The position numbers and the translations under genes were made by a program. 64,000 nt of DNA from Parvibaculum sp. (lineage in GTDB: Bacteria; Pseudomonadota; Alphaproteobacteria; Parvibaculales; Parvibaculaceae). The stretch is from the NCBI GenBank assembly GCA_040223265.1, contig JAVKCY010000022.1:47171-111170 (forward strand). Direction: 5' to 3'. This document shows positions 1 through 11,716 of this stretch, piece after piece. Within the stretch, counting starts at the first letter, position 1. Each line of letters starts with the position of its first letter. The notes beneath the pieces were generated by a model. The model did not search any database. It had not been told where the DNA came from and saw only the letters and a list, made by a program, of their open reading frames with translations.

Positions 1-2
1 CC

Positions 3-2726
3 GAGGCACTGGACGCGGCACATGCGGCGAACGCTGGAAACGAGATCGCCGCTCGGGCGGAGATGATAGCGGTCCTGAAGAAGGCGCAGACCGACGGGCG
101 GGCAATGGCGCGCAAACGGTTGGAGCAGGGAGCCCACCGGGGCCGGGCCTGTGCGGAGAACCTCTCCTATTTGCAAGACACGATCATCCGGGAGCTTTTT
201 GCCTTCGCCACCCGCACATTGTTCAGAGCAACCAATCCGACCGACGCGGAGCGGCTCGCCGTCGTGGCAACCGGCGGTTACGGGCGCGGTGCGCTTGCCC
301 CCGGCTCCGACGTCGATCTTCTTTTTCTCCTGCCCTACAAGCAAACCCCCTGGGGGGAGAGCCTCGCTGAGTTCATTCTTTATGCTCTTTGGGATCTTGG
401 CCTGAAGGTGGGACATGCGACGCGTTCGGTGGAGGAATGCATTCGTCTCTCCCACGACGACATGACCATTCGCACATCACTTCTGGAAGCGCGTTATCTC
501 TGCGGTGACCTTACTCTCTTTGACGAGCTTGAAACTTCTTATGACAAGAATGTCGTCGCGGGCACCGGCAACGAGTTTGTTGAGGCGAAACTCACAGAGC
601 GGGATGAGCGGCACAAGCGCGCCGGACAATCCCGCTATCTGGTTGAGCCCAATGTGAAAGAAGGAAAGGGTGGCCTGCGCGATCTTCATACTCTCTTCTG
701 GATCGCCAAATATGTCTACCAGGTAAAACGCCCAAGCGATCTTGTGAAAGCAGGCGTCTTTACAAAGCAGGAATACAATCTCTTCCGCAAGGCGGAAGAC
801 TTTCTCTGGGCGGTGCGCTGCGAGCTTCACTTCCTCACGGGCAGAGCGGAAGAACGTATTTCCTTCGACGTCCAGACAGAGATGGCAAATCTGTTGGGCT
901 ACCACGCCCACCATGGTCTCAAGGGCGTCGAGCGCTTCATGAAGCACTATTTCCTGGTGGCAAAAGATGTCGGCGACTTGACCCGTATTTTTTGTTCCAT
1001 TCTTGAAGATCAGGAGAAGAAGAAAAAGCCGGGCATTGGCCGTTTCATGGCAGCGCTCAAGCGCAAAAAAATCATCAAAGGTTTCGAAGTCGTGGGTGGC
1101 CGCCTGTCGGTTACGTCTGACAAGTTTTTTGAAAAAGATCCTGTCAACATTTTGCGGCTCTTCCATGTCTCCGATCAGCATCAACTGCATATTCATCCAA
1201 CCGCACTACAATTGATGACCCGATCGCTAAAGCTCATCGACGCAAGTCTGCGTAAAAACGAAGAAGCGAACCGTCTCTTCCTTGAAATGCTGACATCGCG
1301 CAAAGACCCGGAAAGGATTTTGCGCAAAATGAACGAGGCAGGCGTGCTCGGTCGCTTCGTGCCGGACTTTGGTCGCATCGTCGCGCTGATGCAGTTCAAC
1401 ATGTATCATCACTATACAGCCGACGAACATCTGATCCGCGCCATGGGCATTCTCTCAGAAATTGAGCAGGGCATCTTAAAGGAAGAACACCCGCTCGCTC
1501 ACGAACTGATGACGAAAACCAGCAAGCGCAATGTTCTTTATGTCGCCATGTTTCTGCATGACATCGCCAAAGGCCGTCCCGAAGATCATTCAGATGCGGG
1601 TGCCGCGATTGCGCGCAAGCTCTGCCCGCGCCTGGGCATGAGTGGTGGCGACACAGAAACCGTGGCATGGCTTGTTCAGAACCATCTCATTATGTCGGAC
1701 GTGGCCCAAAAGCGGGATCTGTCTGACCCCAAAACCATCAAGGATTTTGCCGAGACCGTGCAGAGCCCCGAACGGCTGAAGCTTTTGCTTGTTTTGACGG
1801 TCGCCGACATTAAGGCAGTGGGTCCTGGCACCTGGAACGGGTGGAAGGCGCAGCTCCTGCGCCAGCTCTACTATGAGACAGATGCGGTTCTGTCCGGCGA
1901 AACCCAACTCAACCGGACAAACCGCGTTGCCGCCGCCAAAGAGGCGCTGACCGAAGCTCTTGTCGATTGGCCGAAGTCGCGGATAGAGACCCACCTTCGC
2001 CGTCACCAACCAACCTATTGGCTGGGCTTTGATCTTGCCGCCCACAAAAGGCATGCAGAACTTATCTGGGACCGCCGCGAAGAACCATTGATTGTAGAGG
2101 CAAGGCCAGATGCTTTCCGCGCGGTGACCGAGATCACCCTGTTCACGCAAGACCATCCCGGCCTCTTCTCCCGCTTTGCAGGCGCATGTGCAGCGGCCGG
2201 CGTATCAATTGTTGATGCCAAGATTTTTACAACAAGGGACGGTATGGCGCTCGACACGCTCTGGGTGCAAGATGATCACCGCGCGGCGCTTCGCGAACCC
2301 CGCCGGTTGGAGAGTTTGGAAAGCACGATCCGAAAGGTTCTGGCAGGCGAAATTCTCCCCCCCGATGCCATCGAACAACGCACCAAGAAGCAGGCGCGCA
2401 TCAATGCGTTTACAGTGGCCCCTAATGTCTATATCGACAATGAAGCTTCCGATCAGTTCACCGTGATCGAGGTGAACGGCCTCGATCGCCCGGGCCTGTT
2501 GCACGCGCTCACCCGCACCCTCTTCCATCTGGGTCTCACCATCGGTTCCGCCCATATCGCAACCTTCGGGGAGCGCGCGGTGGATGTGTTTTATGTAAAA
2601 GACCTGATCGGCCAGAAGGTGACAAATGCCAACAAGAAAAAGGCGGTCGAACGCCAATTGCTGGAAGCGCTCGAAAACCCGATGAAAAAAGCCAGGCCGC
2701 AAAAACGTGAAGCCGCGATTGCCTGA
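3..2726 (+). CDS. glnD: [protein-PII] uridylyltransferase/uridylyl-removing enzyme, 5' end truncated by the window
   Basis: NTase motif GGYGRGALAPGSDVDLLFL, NVKEGKGGLRD, HD domain (FNMYHHYTADEH, LHDIAKG), two C-terminal ACT domains. The frame is open from base 3, so the real start lies upstream. Confidence 0.97.
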   Translation, partial: EALDAAHAANAGNEIAARAEMIAVLKKAQTDGRAMARKRLEQGAHRGRACAENLSYLQDTIIRELFAFATRTLFRATNPTDAERLAVVATGGYGRGALAPGSDVDLLFLLPYKQTPWGESLAEFILYALWDLGLKVGHATRSVEECIRLSHDDMTIRTSLLEARYLCGDLTLFDELETSYDKNVVAGTGNEFVEAKLTERDERHKRAGQSRYLVEPNVKEGKGGLRDLHTLFWIAKYVYQVKRPSDLVKAGVFTKQEYNLFRKAEDFLWAVRCELHFLTGRAEERISFDVQTEMANLLGYHAHHGLKGVERFMKHYFLVAKDVGDLTRIFCSILEDQEKKKKPGIGRFMAALKRKKIIKGFEVVGGRLSVTSDKFFEKDPVNILRLFHVSDQHQLHIHPTALQLMTRSLKLIDASLRKNEEANRLFLEMLTSRKDPERILRKMNEAGVLGRFVPDFGRIVALMQFNMYHHYTADEHLIRAMGILSEIEQGILKEEHPLAHELMTKTSKRNVLYVAMFLHDIAKGRPEDHSDAGAAIARKLCPRLGMSGGDTETVAWLVQNHLIMSDVAQKRDLSDPKTIKDFAETVQSPERLKLLLVLTVADIKAVGPGTWNGWKAQLLRQLYYETDAVLSGETQLNRTNRVAAAKEALTEALVDWPKSRIETHLRRHQPTYWLGFDLAAHKRHAELIWDRREEPLIVEARPDAFRAVTEITLFTQDHPGLFSRFAGACAAAGVSIVDAKIFTTRDGMALDTLWVQDDHRAALREPRRLESLESTIRKVLAGEILPPDAIEQRTKKQARINAFTVAPNVYIDNEASDQFTVIEVNGLDRPGLLHALTRTLFHLGLTIGSAHIATFGERAVDVFYVKDLIGQKVTNANKKKAVERQLLEALENPMKKARPQKREAAIA

Positions 2727-2749
2727 TGTACCGACATAGAGAAACATAA

Positions 2750-4291
2750 ATGAACCTTGTTAAATCTGCGATGACTGTCGGCGGCATGACGTTGGCAAGC
2801 CGTGTGCTGGGCTTCATGCGCGATATCCTGATCGCGGGCGCTCTGGGCACCGGTCCCATGGCGGATGCGTTTTTCGTGGCTTTCAAGTTTCCCAATCTTT
2901 TCCGCAGGCTCTTTGCGGAAGGGGCGTTCAACTCAGCCTTTGTGCCGCTCTTTGCCAAAGCGCTGGAGGGCGATGGTAAAACCGCTGCGCGGCGGTTTGC
3001 GGAGGATTCTTTATCAGTCCTCCTCGTGACATTGATTGCCTTCACGGCAATCGCTGAACTCACCATGCCCTGGGCCATGTATCTGATCGCGCCGGGTTTT
3101 GCGGACACGCCGGAAAAATTTGAGATGGGTGTCCTCTTCACGCGGATTGCCTTTCCCTATCTCATGTTCATGTCCATGGTGGCGCTCCTGTCTGCCGTGT
3201 TGAACTCGCTCGGTCGGTTTACAGCCGCCGCCGCTGCGCCCATTCTGTTGAACCTCATTTTGATCTCAGCCCTATGGTTTGTCGCCCCGCTGACCGACAA
3301 TCCCGGTCTCGTGCTTTCATGGGGTGTTGCCATTTCAGGCGCGGCGCAATTTGTGATGTTGCTCATTGCGGTGAAACGCGCTGACATTCCACTTCATCTT
3401 CGTATGCCGCGCATGACACCCGGCGTGCGGCGGCTCATCAAACTCGGCATCCCCGGTGTGATCGCAGGCGGCATCACCCAGTTCAACCTGCTTGTGGGAT
3501 CGATCATCGCAAGCCTTCAGGATGGGGCGGTCTCGCTTCTTTATTACGCAGACCGTATCTACCAATTGCCGCTGGGCGTGGTGGGCATCGCCATCGGCAT
3601 TGTGCTTCTGCCGGATCTTTCGCGTCGCCTGCGGGCGGGTGACGAGACAGGGGCCGACAATGCGCAGAACCGGGCCTTTGAGTTTTCCATGTTCCTGACC
3701 GTGCCCGCCTCAGTTGCGCTCGCGGTCATCCCGATCCCGATCATCCAGGTCCTGTTTGAGCGCGGTGCCTTTTCCAGCGACGACACGTATGGAACGGCTA
3801 TGGCACTGGGGGCCTTTGCCATCGGCCTGCCCGCTTTTGTGCTCACCAAAGTTTTCTCGCCGGGCTTTTTTGCCCGCGAAGATACGATGACACCTATGCG
3901 CTTTGCCGCCATTGGTATTGCCGTCAATATTGCAGGCTCTTTCGCGCTCTTCTTCTGGATAGGGCATGTGGGGATCGCGCTTGCAACCTCTGTCGCTGCA
4001 TGGGTCAATGCGGGGCTGCTCGGTGTCACGCTGATGAAGCGCGGTTTCTATCTGCCTGATGCACGGTTGAAGTCGCGCTTGCCACGCCTTGGCGTTGCCT
4101 GTCTCATCATGGGGGCGAGCCTTTGGGCAGGCGCGCATATTGCCAGCCCCTATCTCGGCGCATCATTTGTAGAAGGTGTTGTCGCACTCATCACGCTTGT
4201 CGTTGGTGGTGGCGCGCTCTTTGCGGCAGCCGCTTTGTTCACAGGTGCCACCCATATGAAAGATCTCAAGCGCGCTTTCAAACGCGCTTGA
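2750..4291 (+). CDS. murJ: lipid II flippase MurJ (MviN)
   Basis: SRVLGFMRD, DAFFVAFKFPNLFRRLFAEGAF, YYADRIYQLPLG; many TM helices; follows glnD. Confidence 0.96.
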   Translation: MNLVKSAMTVGGMTLASRVLGFMRDILIAGALGTGPMADAFFVAFKFPNLFRRLFAEGAFNSAFVPLFAKALEGDGKTAARRFAEDSLSVLLVTLIAFTAIAELTMPWAMYLIAPGFADTPEKFEMGVLFTRIAFPYLMFMSMVALLSAVLNSLGRFTAAAAAPILLNLILISALWFVAPLTDNPGLVLSWGVAISGAAQFVMLLIAVKRADIPLHLRMPRMTPGVRRLIKLGIPGVIAGGITQFNLLVGSIIASLQDGAVSLLYYADRIYQLPLGVVGIAIGIVLLPDLSRRLRAGDETGADNAQNRAFEFSMFLTVPASVALAVIPIPIIQVLFERGAFSSDDTYGTAMALGAFAIGLPAFVLTKVFSPGFFAREDTMTPMRFAAIGIAVNIAGSFALFFWIGHVGIALATSVAAWVNAGLLGVTLMKRGFYLPDARLKSRLPRLGVACLIMGASLWAGAHIASPYLGASFVEGVVALITLVVGGGALFAAAALFTGATHMKDLKRAFKRA

Positions 4292-4317
4292 GTTTGTTGT
4301 TTCAGACACCGTGTCTC

Positions 4318-5754
4318 TCAGACACCAAGTCTTTGCGCAATACCTGCACCATAAGCCTTGTCTGCTGAGGCGAAGTGCGTGAGCTGCCGCACCTGAATAT
4401 CGCGGGGCACATCTTTCATCGCACCGGCAATCGCATCCATCAGACGGCTTTGTTCGTCTGCGGACATCAGGCGGAAGAGATTACCCGCCTGCCCATAATC
4501 ATCATTGCCGTCGCGATGATTGTAGCGTGCCGCCGCACCCTCCAGCGCCAGTGGTGGCTCAACTACAGTCGGATCTTCTTTTGGTCCGTCAAATCCGTTC
4601 GGCTCATAATTCACCGACCCGCCGCCATTACCGTCAAACCGCATCGTGCCACCTCTTGTGTAAGAGTGGACAGGACAACGCGGCTTGTTGACCGGCAGGC
4701 TCACATGATTGACACCGAGCCGGTAGCGCGCAGCATCACCATAAGACGCAATCCGGAACTGCAACACCCGGTCCGGCGAATGACCGATACCCGGCACCAC
4801 ATGAGCGGGGGAGAAGGCGGCTTGTTCCACTTCCGCAAAATAATTTTCCGGATTGCGATTAAGCTCAAGCTCACCCACTTCGATGAGCGGGTACTCCTTG
4901 TGCGGCCAGACCTTCGTGAGATCAAACGGATCATAAGGCGTCTTGGCGGCATCAGCCTCCGGCATCACCTGCACGCAGAAACGCCATTTTGGAAAATCAC
5001 CTTTCTCGATCGCTTCATAAAGATCGCGCTGATGGGTTTCGCGGTCCTCACCCATGGCTTTCGCCGCATCATCGCCGGACTGGGTTTTGATGCCTTGCTT
5101 GGTCTTGAAGTGGAACTTCACCCAGAAGCGCTCATTCTTCGCATTGATGAAGGAGAAAGTGTGTGACCCATAGCCGTTCACATGACGATAGCTTGTGGGC
5201 AGTCCGCGATCAGAAAACAGGATCGTGATCTGGTGCATGGCTTCTGGCGAGCGGGACCAATAGTCCCACATAGCAGTTGGGTTGCGCAGATTGGACCGCG
5301 GGTCACGCTTTTGTGTGTGAATAAAATCCGGGAACTTGTACGGGTCCCGCAGAAAGAAGACAGGCGTGTTATTGCCGACAATGTCCCAATTGCCTTCTTC
5401 CGTGTAAACCTTGAGCGAGAACCCGCGCACATCGCGTTCGGCGTCTGCTGCCCCGGCTTCACCGGCAACAGTGGAGAAGCGCAAAAAGGTTTCGCTCAAA
5501 GCCCCAGGCTGCAGGGCTTTGGCCTTTGTGAAGGCGCTGATGTCGCCCGTGATTTTCAAAGTACCATAAGCGCCTGAGCCCTTCGCATGCACAACCCGCT
5601 CGGGGATCCGCTCCCGATTGAAGTGCGCATGCTTTTCCATAAGCTGCCAGTCCTGAACGAGGAGGGGGCCGCGCGGCCCGGCCGTCAAACTGTTTTGATT
5701 ATCGCCAACCGGCGCGCCGGTTGTGGTCGTGAGAGTGGGTGATTTGTCGGTCAT
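4318..5754 (-). CDS. katA: monofunctional small-subunit heme catalase
   Basis: [19 protein letters not shown] (distal His), [22 protein letters not shown], proximal Tyr motif [11 protein letters not shown]. Confidence 0.96.
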   Translation of the reverse strand: MTDKSPTLTTTTGAPVGDNQNSLTAGPRGPLLVQDWQLMEKHAHFNRERIPERVVHAKGSGAYGTLKITGDISAFTKAKALQPGALSETFLRFSTVAGEAGAADAERDVRGFSLKVYTEEGNWDIVGNNTPVFFLRDPYKFPDFIHTQKRDPRSNLRNPTAMWDYWSRSPEAMHQITILFSDRGLPTSYRHVNGYGSHTFSFINAKNERFWVKFHFKTKQGIKTQSGDDAAKAMGEDRETHQRDLYEAIEKGDFPKWRFCVQVMPEADAAKTPYDPFDLTKVWPHKEYPLIEVGELELNRNPENYFAEVEQAAFSPAHVVPGIGHSPDRVLQFRIASYGDAARYRLGVNHVSLPVNKPRCPVHSYTRGGTMRFDGNGGGSVNYEPNGFDGPKEDPTVVEPPLALEGAAARYNHRDGNDDYGQAGNLFRLMSADEQSRLMDAIAGAMKDVPRDIQVRQLTHFASADKAYGAGIAQRLGV

Positions 5755-5769
5755 GGGGTCCTCCTATAA

Positions 5770-5786
5770 ATTAGAACTATTACAAT
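5770..5786. promoter_or_regulatory. degenerate ICE/Irr-like box overlapping the katA -10 region
   Basis: ATTAGAACTATTACAAT versus ICE consensus TTTAGAA-N3-TTCTAAA. Confidence 0.5.
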
Positions 5787-5812
5787 CTAGGAAGAGGGAT
5801 GCGGCCTGTCAA
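5784..5812 (-). promoter_or_regulatory. sigma70-type promoter of katA
   Basis: minus strand TTGACA-N17-TAGATT. Confidence 0.7.
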
Positions 5813-5814
5813 GT

Positions 5815-5835
5815 AATTTAGAATAATTCTAAATT
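5815..5835. promoter_or_regulatory. iron control element (ICE, Irr-binding palindrome)
   Basis: AATTTAGAATAATTCTAAATT; perfect arms around a 3-bp spacer, exact match to TTTAGAA-N3-TTCTAAA. Confidence 0.85.
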
Positions 5836-5984
5836 ATTGATAATGGCCAGAGATGAGGCTTCGTTGCTGGCGTTTTTGCCTCAATCGGCGCTTCGGGGAT
5901 TGAAAGCCGGGGCACTTCAGCGCATACCCTCCCTGTCCAGCCGCCGCGTCCAAACCGGTGGCGATTTTGAGGTTTGAAGAAGAC

Positions 5985-7919
<1,935 letters not shown>

Positions 7920-8045
7920 GGCTTTGGTCGAGCGCCCATCTGTGCTTTCATGATCCAGGCTTGAACTTGTGTGCGTGAGTGCCCACATTTCACTTGGCAG
8001 TATTGTTAAATCAAACCACCTTTGCTAACTAAAAAAGGAAACCAC

Positions 8046-9110
8046 ATGGCCCCCTTCGATAGGCTCACCGGCTGGTATGACCGTCTCCGTCATCGCTGGA
8101 TGTATCGAAAGGGCAGTGGAGGCACGGGAACAGGCTCGCGCCTTTCCAGCCTTGGAAGCGCTGTGAGCCTGAAAGGACTGCGGGGAAAAATGTCCGGCGG
8201 TCTTGCGACCAAAAGCCTTGTTGGTTTTTTCGTTTTGCTCGTCGCCTATTATTTCATTGGCGGCTGGATCATCCATTCGATCGATGATGATCCTGACTTC
8301 CGCCCCTCGGCTGAATATAATGTGGCGGGTGGCTCTCATGTTGTGGCCATGACCGCAGCCCTGATCAAGCGCGAGGTGGAAGACAAACGCTGGACCGCCA
8401 ATGATCCCTGGTTTGTACCGTCCGCCTTTCTCGACAATATGCCCAATTATCAGCAAGGCATTGTGTCAGCGCTCGCGCGCTTCTCTTTTGAAATGACAGA
8501 TCAGCTGGGCCGCACACGTGGCTCAAGCCAGACCGACCCTGACCTGCAATCTGCCTCCGGACTTTTGCAATATGCCGGCGACGTCTGGATCTGGGACCCG
8601 AAAGTTTCTCTCATGCCCCGCGCCTCGTCAGAGGCGCAGTACCGCGCGGCCCGTGATGCGCTGTTGAAGTACAATGCGCGCTTGGCCAAAGGCGAGGCTG
8701 TGTTTGAGCGTCGCGCCGACAATCTGATGGCAACGCTCGACCGGATCGCTCTCGATATCGGCTCCTCCTCAGCGGTGCTTGTTTCTGCGGTGGAAGGGGC
8801 AACCGGCCGGATCATCGACCCTTCGGCAGATGACAATTTTTACAATGTGAAGGGTCAGCTCTACGCTTATTACCTGTTGCTCGACGCCCTGCATCAGGAT
8901 TTCGACACGCTGATCACAGAGCGCGGGCTCACCGGCGCATGGGAGCAGATGCAAGACAGTATGCACAAAGCCGCCATGCTGGACCCGCTTGTGGTTGTGA
9001 ATGGCACGCCCGACGGCCAGTTCCTGCCAAATCATCTGGCCGCGCAGGGTTTTTATCTGCTTCGTGCCCGCACCCAGCTTCGGGAAATCACGAACATTCT
9101 GTTAAAGTAG
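8046..9110 (+). CDS. DUF2333-family membrane-anchored protein
   Basis: one TM helix then W-x-A-N-D, LDNMPNYQQG, RTRGSSQTDPDL, DDNFYNVKGQLY, NHLAAQGFYLLRA; SD AAGGA before ATG 8046. Confidence 0.8.
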   Translation: MAPFDRLTGWYDRLRHRWMYRKGSGGTGTGSRLSSLGSAVSLKGLRGKMSGGLATKSLVGFFVLLVAYYFIGGWIIHSIDDDPDFRPSAEYNVAGGSHVVAMTAALIKREVEDKRWTANDPWFVPSAFLDNMPNYQQGIVSALARFSFEMTDQLGRTRGSSQTDPDLQSASGLLQYAGDVWIWDPKVSLMPRASSEAQYRAARDALLKYNARLAKGEAVFERRADNLMATLDRIALDIGSSSAVLVSAVEGATGRIIDPSADDNFYNVKGQLYAYYLLLDALHQDFDTLITERGLTGAWEQMQDSMHKAAMLDPLVVVNGTPDGQFLPNHLAAQGFYLLRARTQLREITNILLK

Positions 9111-9161
9111 AGACGCGTTTTCCACATAGACGAAACCGGCGAAACCGGGCAGCATGGTCGC

Positions 9162-9668
9162 ATGTCAGAACATGAACCCGAAATGCCAACCGAAGCGACG
9201 CCCATTAAACGGCGGAAACTTCTCGTTGTTGTAGATGGAACGCCGGAATGTGAAGTGGCGATCCATTTTGCAAGCCGCCGCGCGAAGCACACAAAGGGCG
9301 GCGTGGTCCTGCTCGCTGTGCTGGAGCCGGGTGGCTTTGAGCATTGGCTCGGCGTTGAAAACCTGATGAAGGAAGAAGCCCGCGCGGAGGCGGAAAAAGT
9401 GCTGCATCAGCACGCCGCCCGCGTGAACGAAATTGCAGGCACCTTCCCTGAACTTGAAATTCGTGAAGGCAAAAAGGCTGAAACGATCAAAGCACTCATC
9501 AAGGAAGATCGGGCCATTTCCATTCTGGTGCTGGCGACAAGTATGGGCAAAGAAGGCCCAGGCCCTCTGGTGCAGCTTGTGGCGGGTGGCGCGGCCTCCG
9601 GCTTCCCTATCCCAGTTACTGTGGTGCCAGGCTCCCTCACCGACGAAGAACTTCATGATCTCGCGTGA
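9162..9668 (+). CDS. universal stress protein (UspA family)
   Basis: RKLLVVVDGTPEC, ILVLA...GPGPLV, PIPVTVVPG; usual position upstream of nfu. Confidence 0.88.
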   Translation: MSEHEPEMPTEATPIKRRKLLVVVDGTPECEVAIHFASRRAKHTKGGVVLLAVLEPGGFEHWLGVENLMKEEARAEAEKVLHQHAARVNEIAGTFPELEIREGKKAETIKALIKEDRAISILVLATSMGKEGPGPLVQLVAGGAASGFPIPVTVVPGSLTDEELHDLA

Positions 9669-9703
9669 GGCGAAACGCCACAAACCCTACTTTTTTAGTC
9701 GGA

Positions 9704-9732
9704 CTTGAAAAGCGCCGCCAAATCCGCCATTT
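9704..9732 (+). promoter_or_regulatory. RpoH (sigma32)-type promoter
   Basis: CTTGAAA-N14-CGCCATTT versus consensus CTTGAAA-N13/14-CCCCATNT. Confidence 0.6.
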
Positions 9733-9806
9733 AAGGGGGATGGCGTGAGGGCCTGGCAGCGCCCAACTCCTCACCGCACCACCCTATGACCCGCGAGGAC
9801 CGACTG

Positions 9807-10364
9807 ATGTTCATTCAAACGGAATCGACCCCCAATCCCGCAACGCTCAAATTCTTGCCTGGCAAGGATGTGTTGGGCGAAGGTCATGCGGCGGATTTCC
9901 CGAATAATGAGGCGGCGAACCGTTCTCCGCTGGCGCGCGGGATTTTTGATGTGGAAGGCGTGACCGGTGTCTTCTTTGGCGCAGACTTCATCACCGTGAC
10001 AAAGGGCGATGTCGAATGGCAGCACATCAAGCCAGCTATTCTCGGTGCCATCATGCAGCACTTCACCTCCGGCGCACCGATCCTGAACGCGGATGCGAGC
10101 GCCGGTGAGGCGGGTCCCGCTGTGGCGGAAGAGGATGAAGAGATCGTCGCCCAGATCAAGGATCTGCTCGACACGCGGGTACGTCCCGTCGTGGCGCAGG
10201 ATGGCGGCGATATCACCTTCCACGGATTTGATCAGGGCATTGTCTATCTCAACATGGTCGGTGCGTGCGCAGGCTGTCCCGCCTCAACCCAGACCCTGAA
10301 ACAGGGCGTTGAAAAAATGCTGAAACATTTTGTGCCAGAGATTGAAGAAGTGCGTGCGGTTTAA
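9807..10364 (+). CDS. Nfu1/NifU-family Fe-S cluster carrier
   Basis: MFIQTESTPNPATLKF N-domain, RVRPVVAQDGGDI, CxxC (GACAGCPAS). Confidence 0.93.
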   Translation: MFIQTESTPNPATLKFLPGKDVLGEGHAADFPNNEAANRSPLARGIFDVEGVTGVFFGADFITVTKGDVEWQHIKPAILGAIMQHFTSGAPILNADASAGEAGPAVAEEDEEIVAQIKDLLDTRVRPVVAQDGGDITFHGFDQGIVYLNMVGACAGCPASTQTLKQGVEKMLKHFVPEIEEVRAV

Positions 10365-10406
10365 CCGCATCGCACCGATCCAAATCCGAACATCAATGAT
10401 CAAGGA

Positions 10407-11006
10407 ATGATGATGACCAAGCTCGACGAGAAAAGCCTCGACACGATTTTCAGAACCGCGCGCTCCTACAATGCGTGGAAGCCGGAGGCCGTGTCAGATG
10501 CTACCTTGAACGCGCTTTACGATCTGATGAAATTTGGCCCCACAAGCGCCAATTGCTCACCTGCGCGTATCATCTTCGCAACCTCCGATGCTGCCAAGGA
10601 AAAGCTGATGCCCGCGCTGATGCCCGGTAACCAGCCCAAGGTGAAGGAAGCGCCGGTGACGGCGATCATCGGCTATGATCTTGAGTTTTATGAAAAGATC
10701 CCGGAACTCTTCCCACACAATCCGGACGCGCGGAACTGGTTTGCAGGCAGCGCGCCGCTTGCGCAGGAAACGGCTTTTCGCAACTCAACCCTGCAAGGGG
10801 CTTATTTCATGATCGCCGCTCGCTCGCTGGGGCTGGATTGCGGACCCATGTCGGGTTTTGATCAAAACGCGGTCAATGAGCTTTTCTTTTCCGGCACGAA
10901 AGTGAAATCGAACTTTATCTGTTCTATCGGCTATGGTGACGCGACGCGCGATCTGTTTGACCGCTCACCGCGCCTGGCCTTCAAGGATGCGTGTCAGATC
11001 GTCTGA
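10407..11006 (+). CDS. rutE: RutE-like nitroreductase (malonic semialdehyde reductase family)
   Basis: ARSYNAW, GPTSANCSPAR, RNSTLQGAYF, GLDCGPMSGFD, RSPRLAF. Confidence 0.88.
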   Translation: MMMTKLDEKSLDTIFRTARSYNAWKPEAVSDATLNALYDLMKFGPTSANCSPARIIFATSDAAKEKLMPALMPGNQPKVKEAPVTAIIGYDLEFYEKIPELFPHNPDARNWFAGSAPLAQETAFRNSTLQGAYFMIAARSLGLDCGPMSGFDQNAVNELFFSGTKVKSNFICSIGYGDATRDLFDRSPRLAFKDACQIV

Positions 11007-11041
11007 TCGGACGGCAGCGCCTCCAACCCGCGAAGTAATCC

Positions 11042-11716
11042 ATGAAACTTCTCGCCATCGATACAAGTCAAGCGGCGTGCTCGGTTGCATTGTGGCAAGA
11101 CGGGAAGAGTGCGGGGCATCGCTACCGCGATATGCCAAAAGGCCATGCAGAAGCCCTGATCCCGATGCTGGACGACTTGCGCAATGAGCGGGGTTTCAGC
11201 ATGGAGGAACTTGACGCGTTCGCCGTCACCGTCGGCCCTGGCACATTTACCGGCCTGCGCGTGGGACTTGCCACCGCCCGCGGGTTCGCGGTCGCTCTGG
11301 GTAAGCCCTGCCTTGGCGTCACAAGCCTGGAGGCGATAGCCTACCCCGCAGCACAAGAGGCAGAAAAAGGTGAGCTGATTGCCGCATGCTTTGATGCGCG
11401 GCGCGATGAAGCCTATCTACAATTGTTCAACAAGGATCTGACACCGGTGACAGAGCCTGCGCTTGTTTCTCTTGATGACCTGGAGACGCTTTTGCCGGAC
11501 GCACCGTTGCGGGCCGTTGGTACTGGGGCGCGCCTCATTGCTGCGGCGGCAGAGGAGCGAACGTGGATCGCCAAAGCGTCTCCCTTGCCGGATGCACGAA
11601 GTGTGGCAGCGATCGCAAGCGCGCGAAGCCTGGACCAGGCGCTACCGCCCACGCCGCTTTACCTGCGTGCGCCAGACGCCAAAGTGCAGACAAACCCGCT
11701 CCGCAAGCCCGAATGA
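11042..11716 (+). CDS. tsaB: tRNA threonylcarbamoyladenosine biosynthesis protein TsaB
   Basis: LAIDTS, GHAEAL, VTVGPGTFTGLRVG, DARRDE, PLYLRAPDA. Confidence 0.94.
   Translation: MKLLAIDTSQAACSVALWQDGKSAGHRYRDMPKGHAEALIPMLDDLRNERGFSMEELDAFAVTVGPGTFTGLRVGLATARGFAVALGKPCLGVTSLEAIAYPAAQEAEKGELIAACFDARRDEAYLQLFNKDLTPVTEPALVSLDDLETLLPDAPLRAVGTGARLIAAAAEERTWIAKASPLPDARSVAAIASARSLDQALPPTPLYLRAPDAKVQTNPLRKPE

Noticed and set aside
9118-9126. TTTTCCACA DnaA-box variant (also TGTGGAAAA at 54189-54197)
   Set aside because: A few degenerate matches are expected by chance in 64 kb.
11563-11712. 5' extensions of ORF-track calls (rimI, metK 20439, 2-hydroxyacid dehydrogenase 41166, fabA 37001, moeB 43360, thioesterase 44322)
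   Set aside because: They overlap neighbouring genes or promoters; downstream starts fit homologue N-termini or SD positions better.
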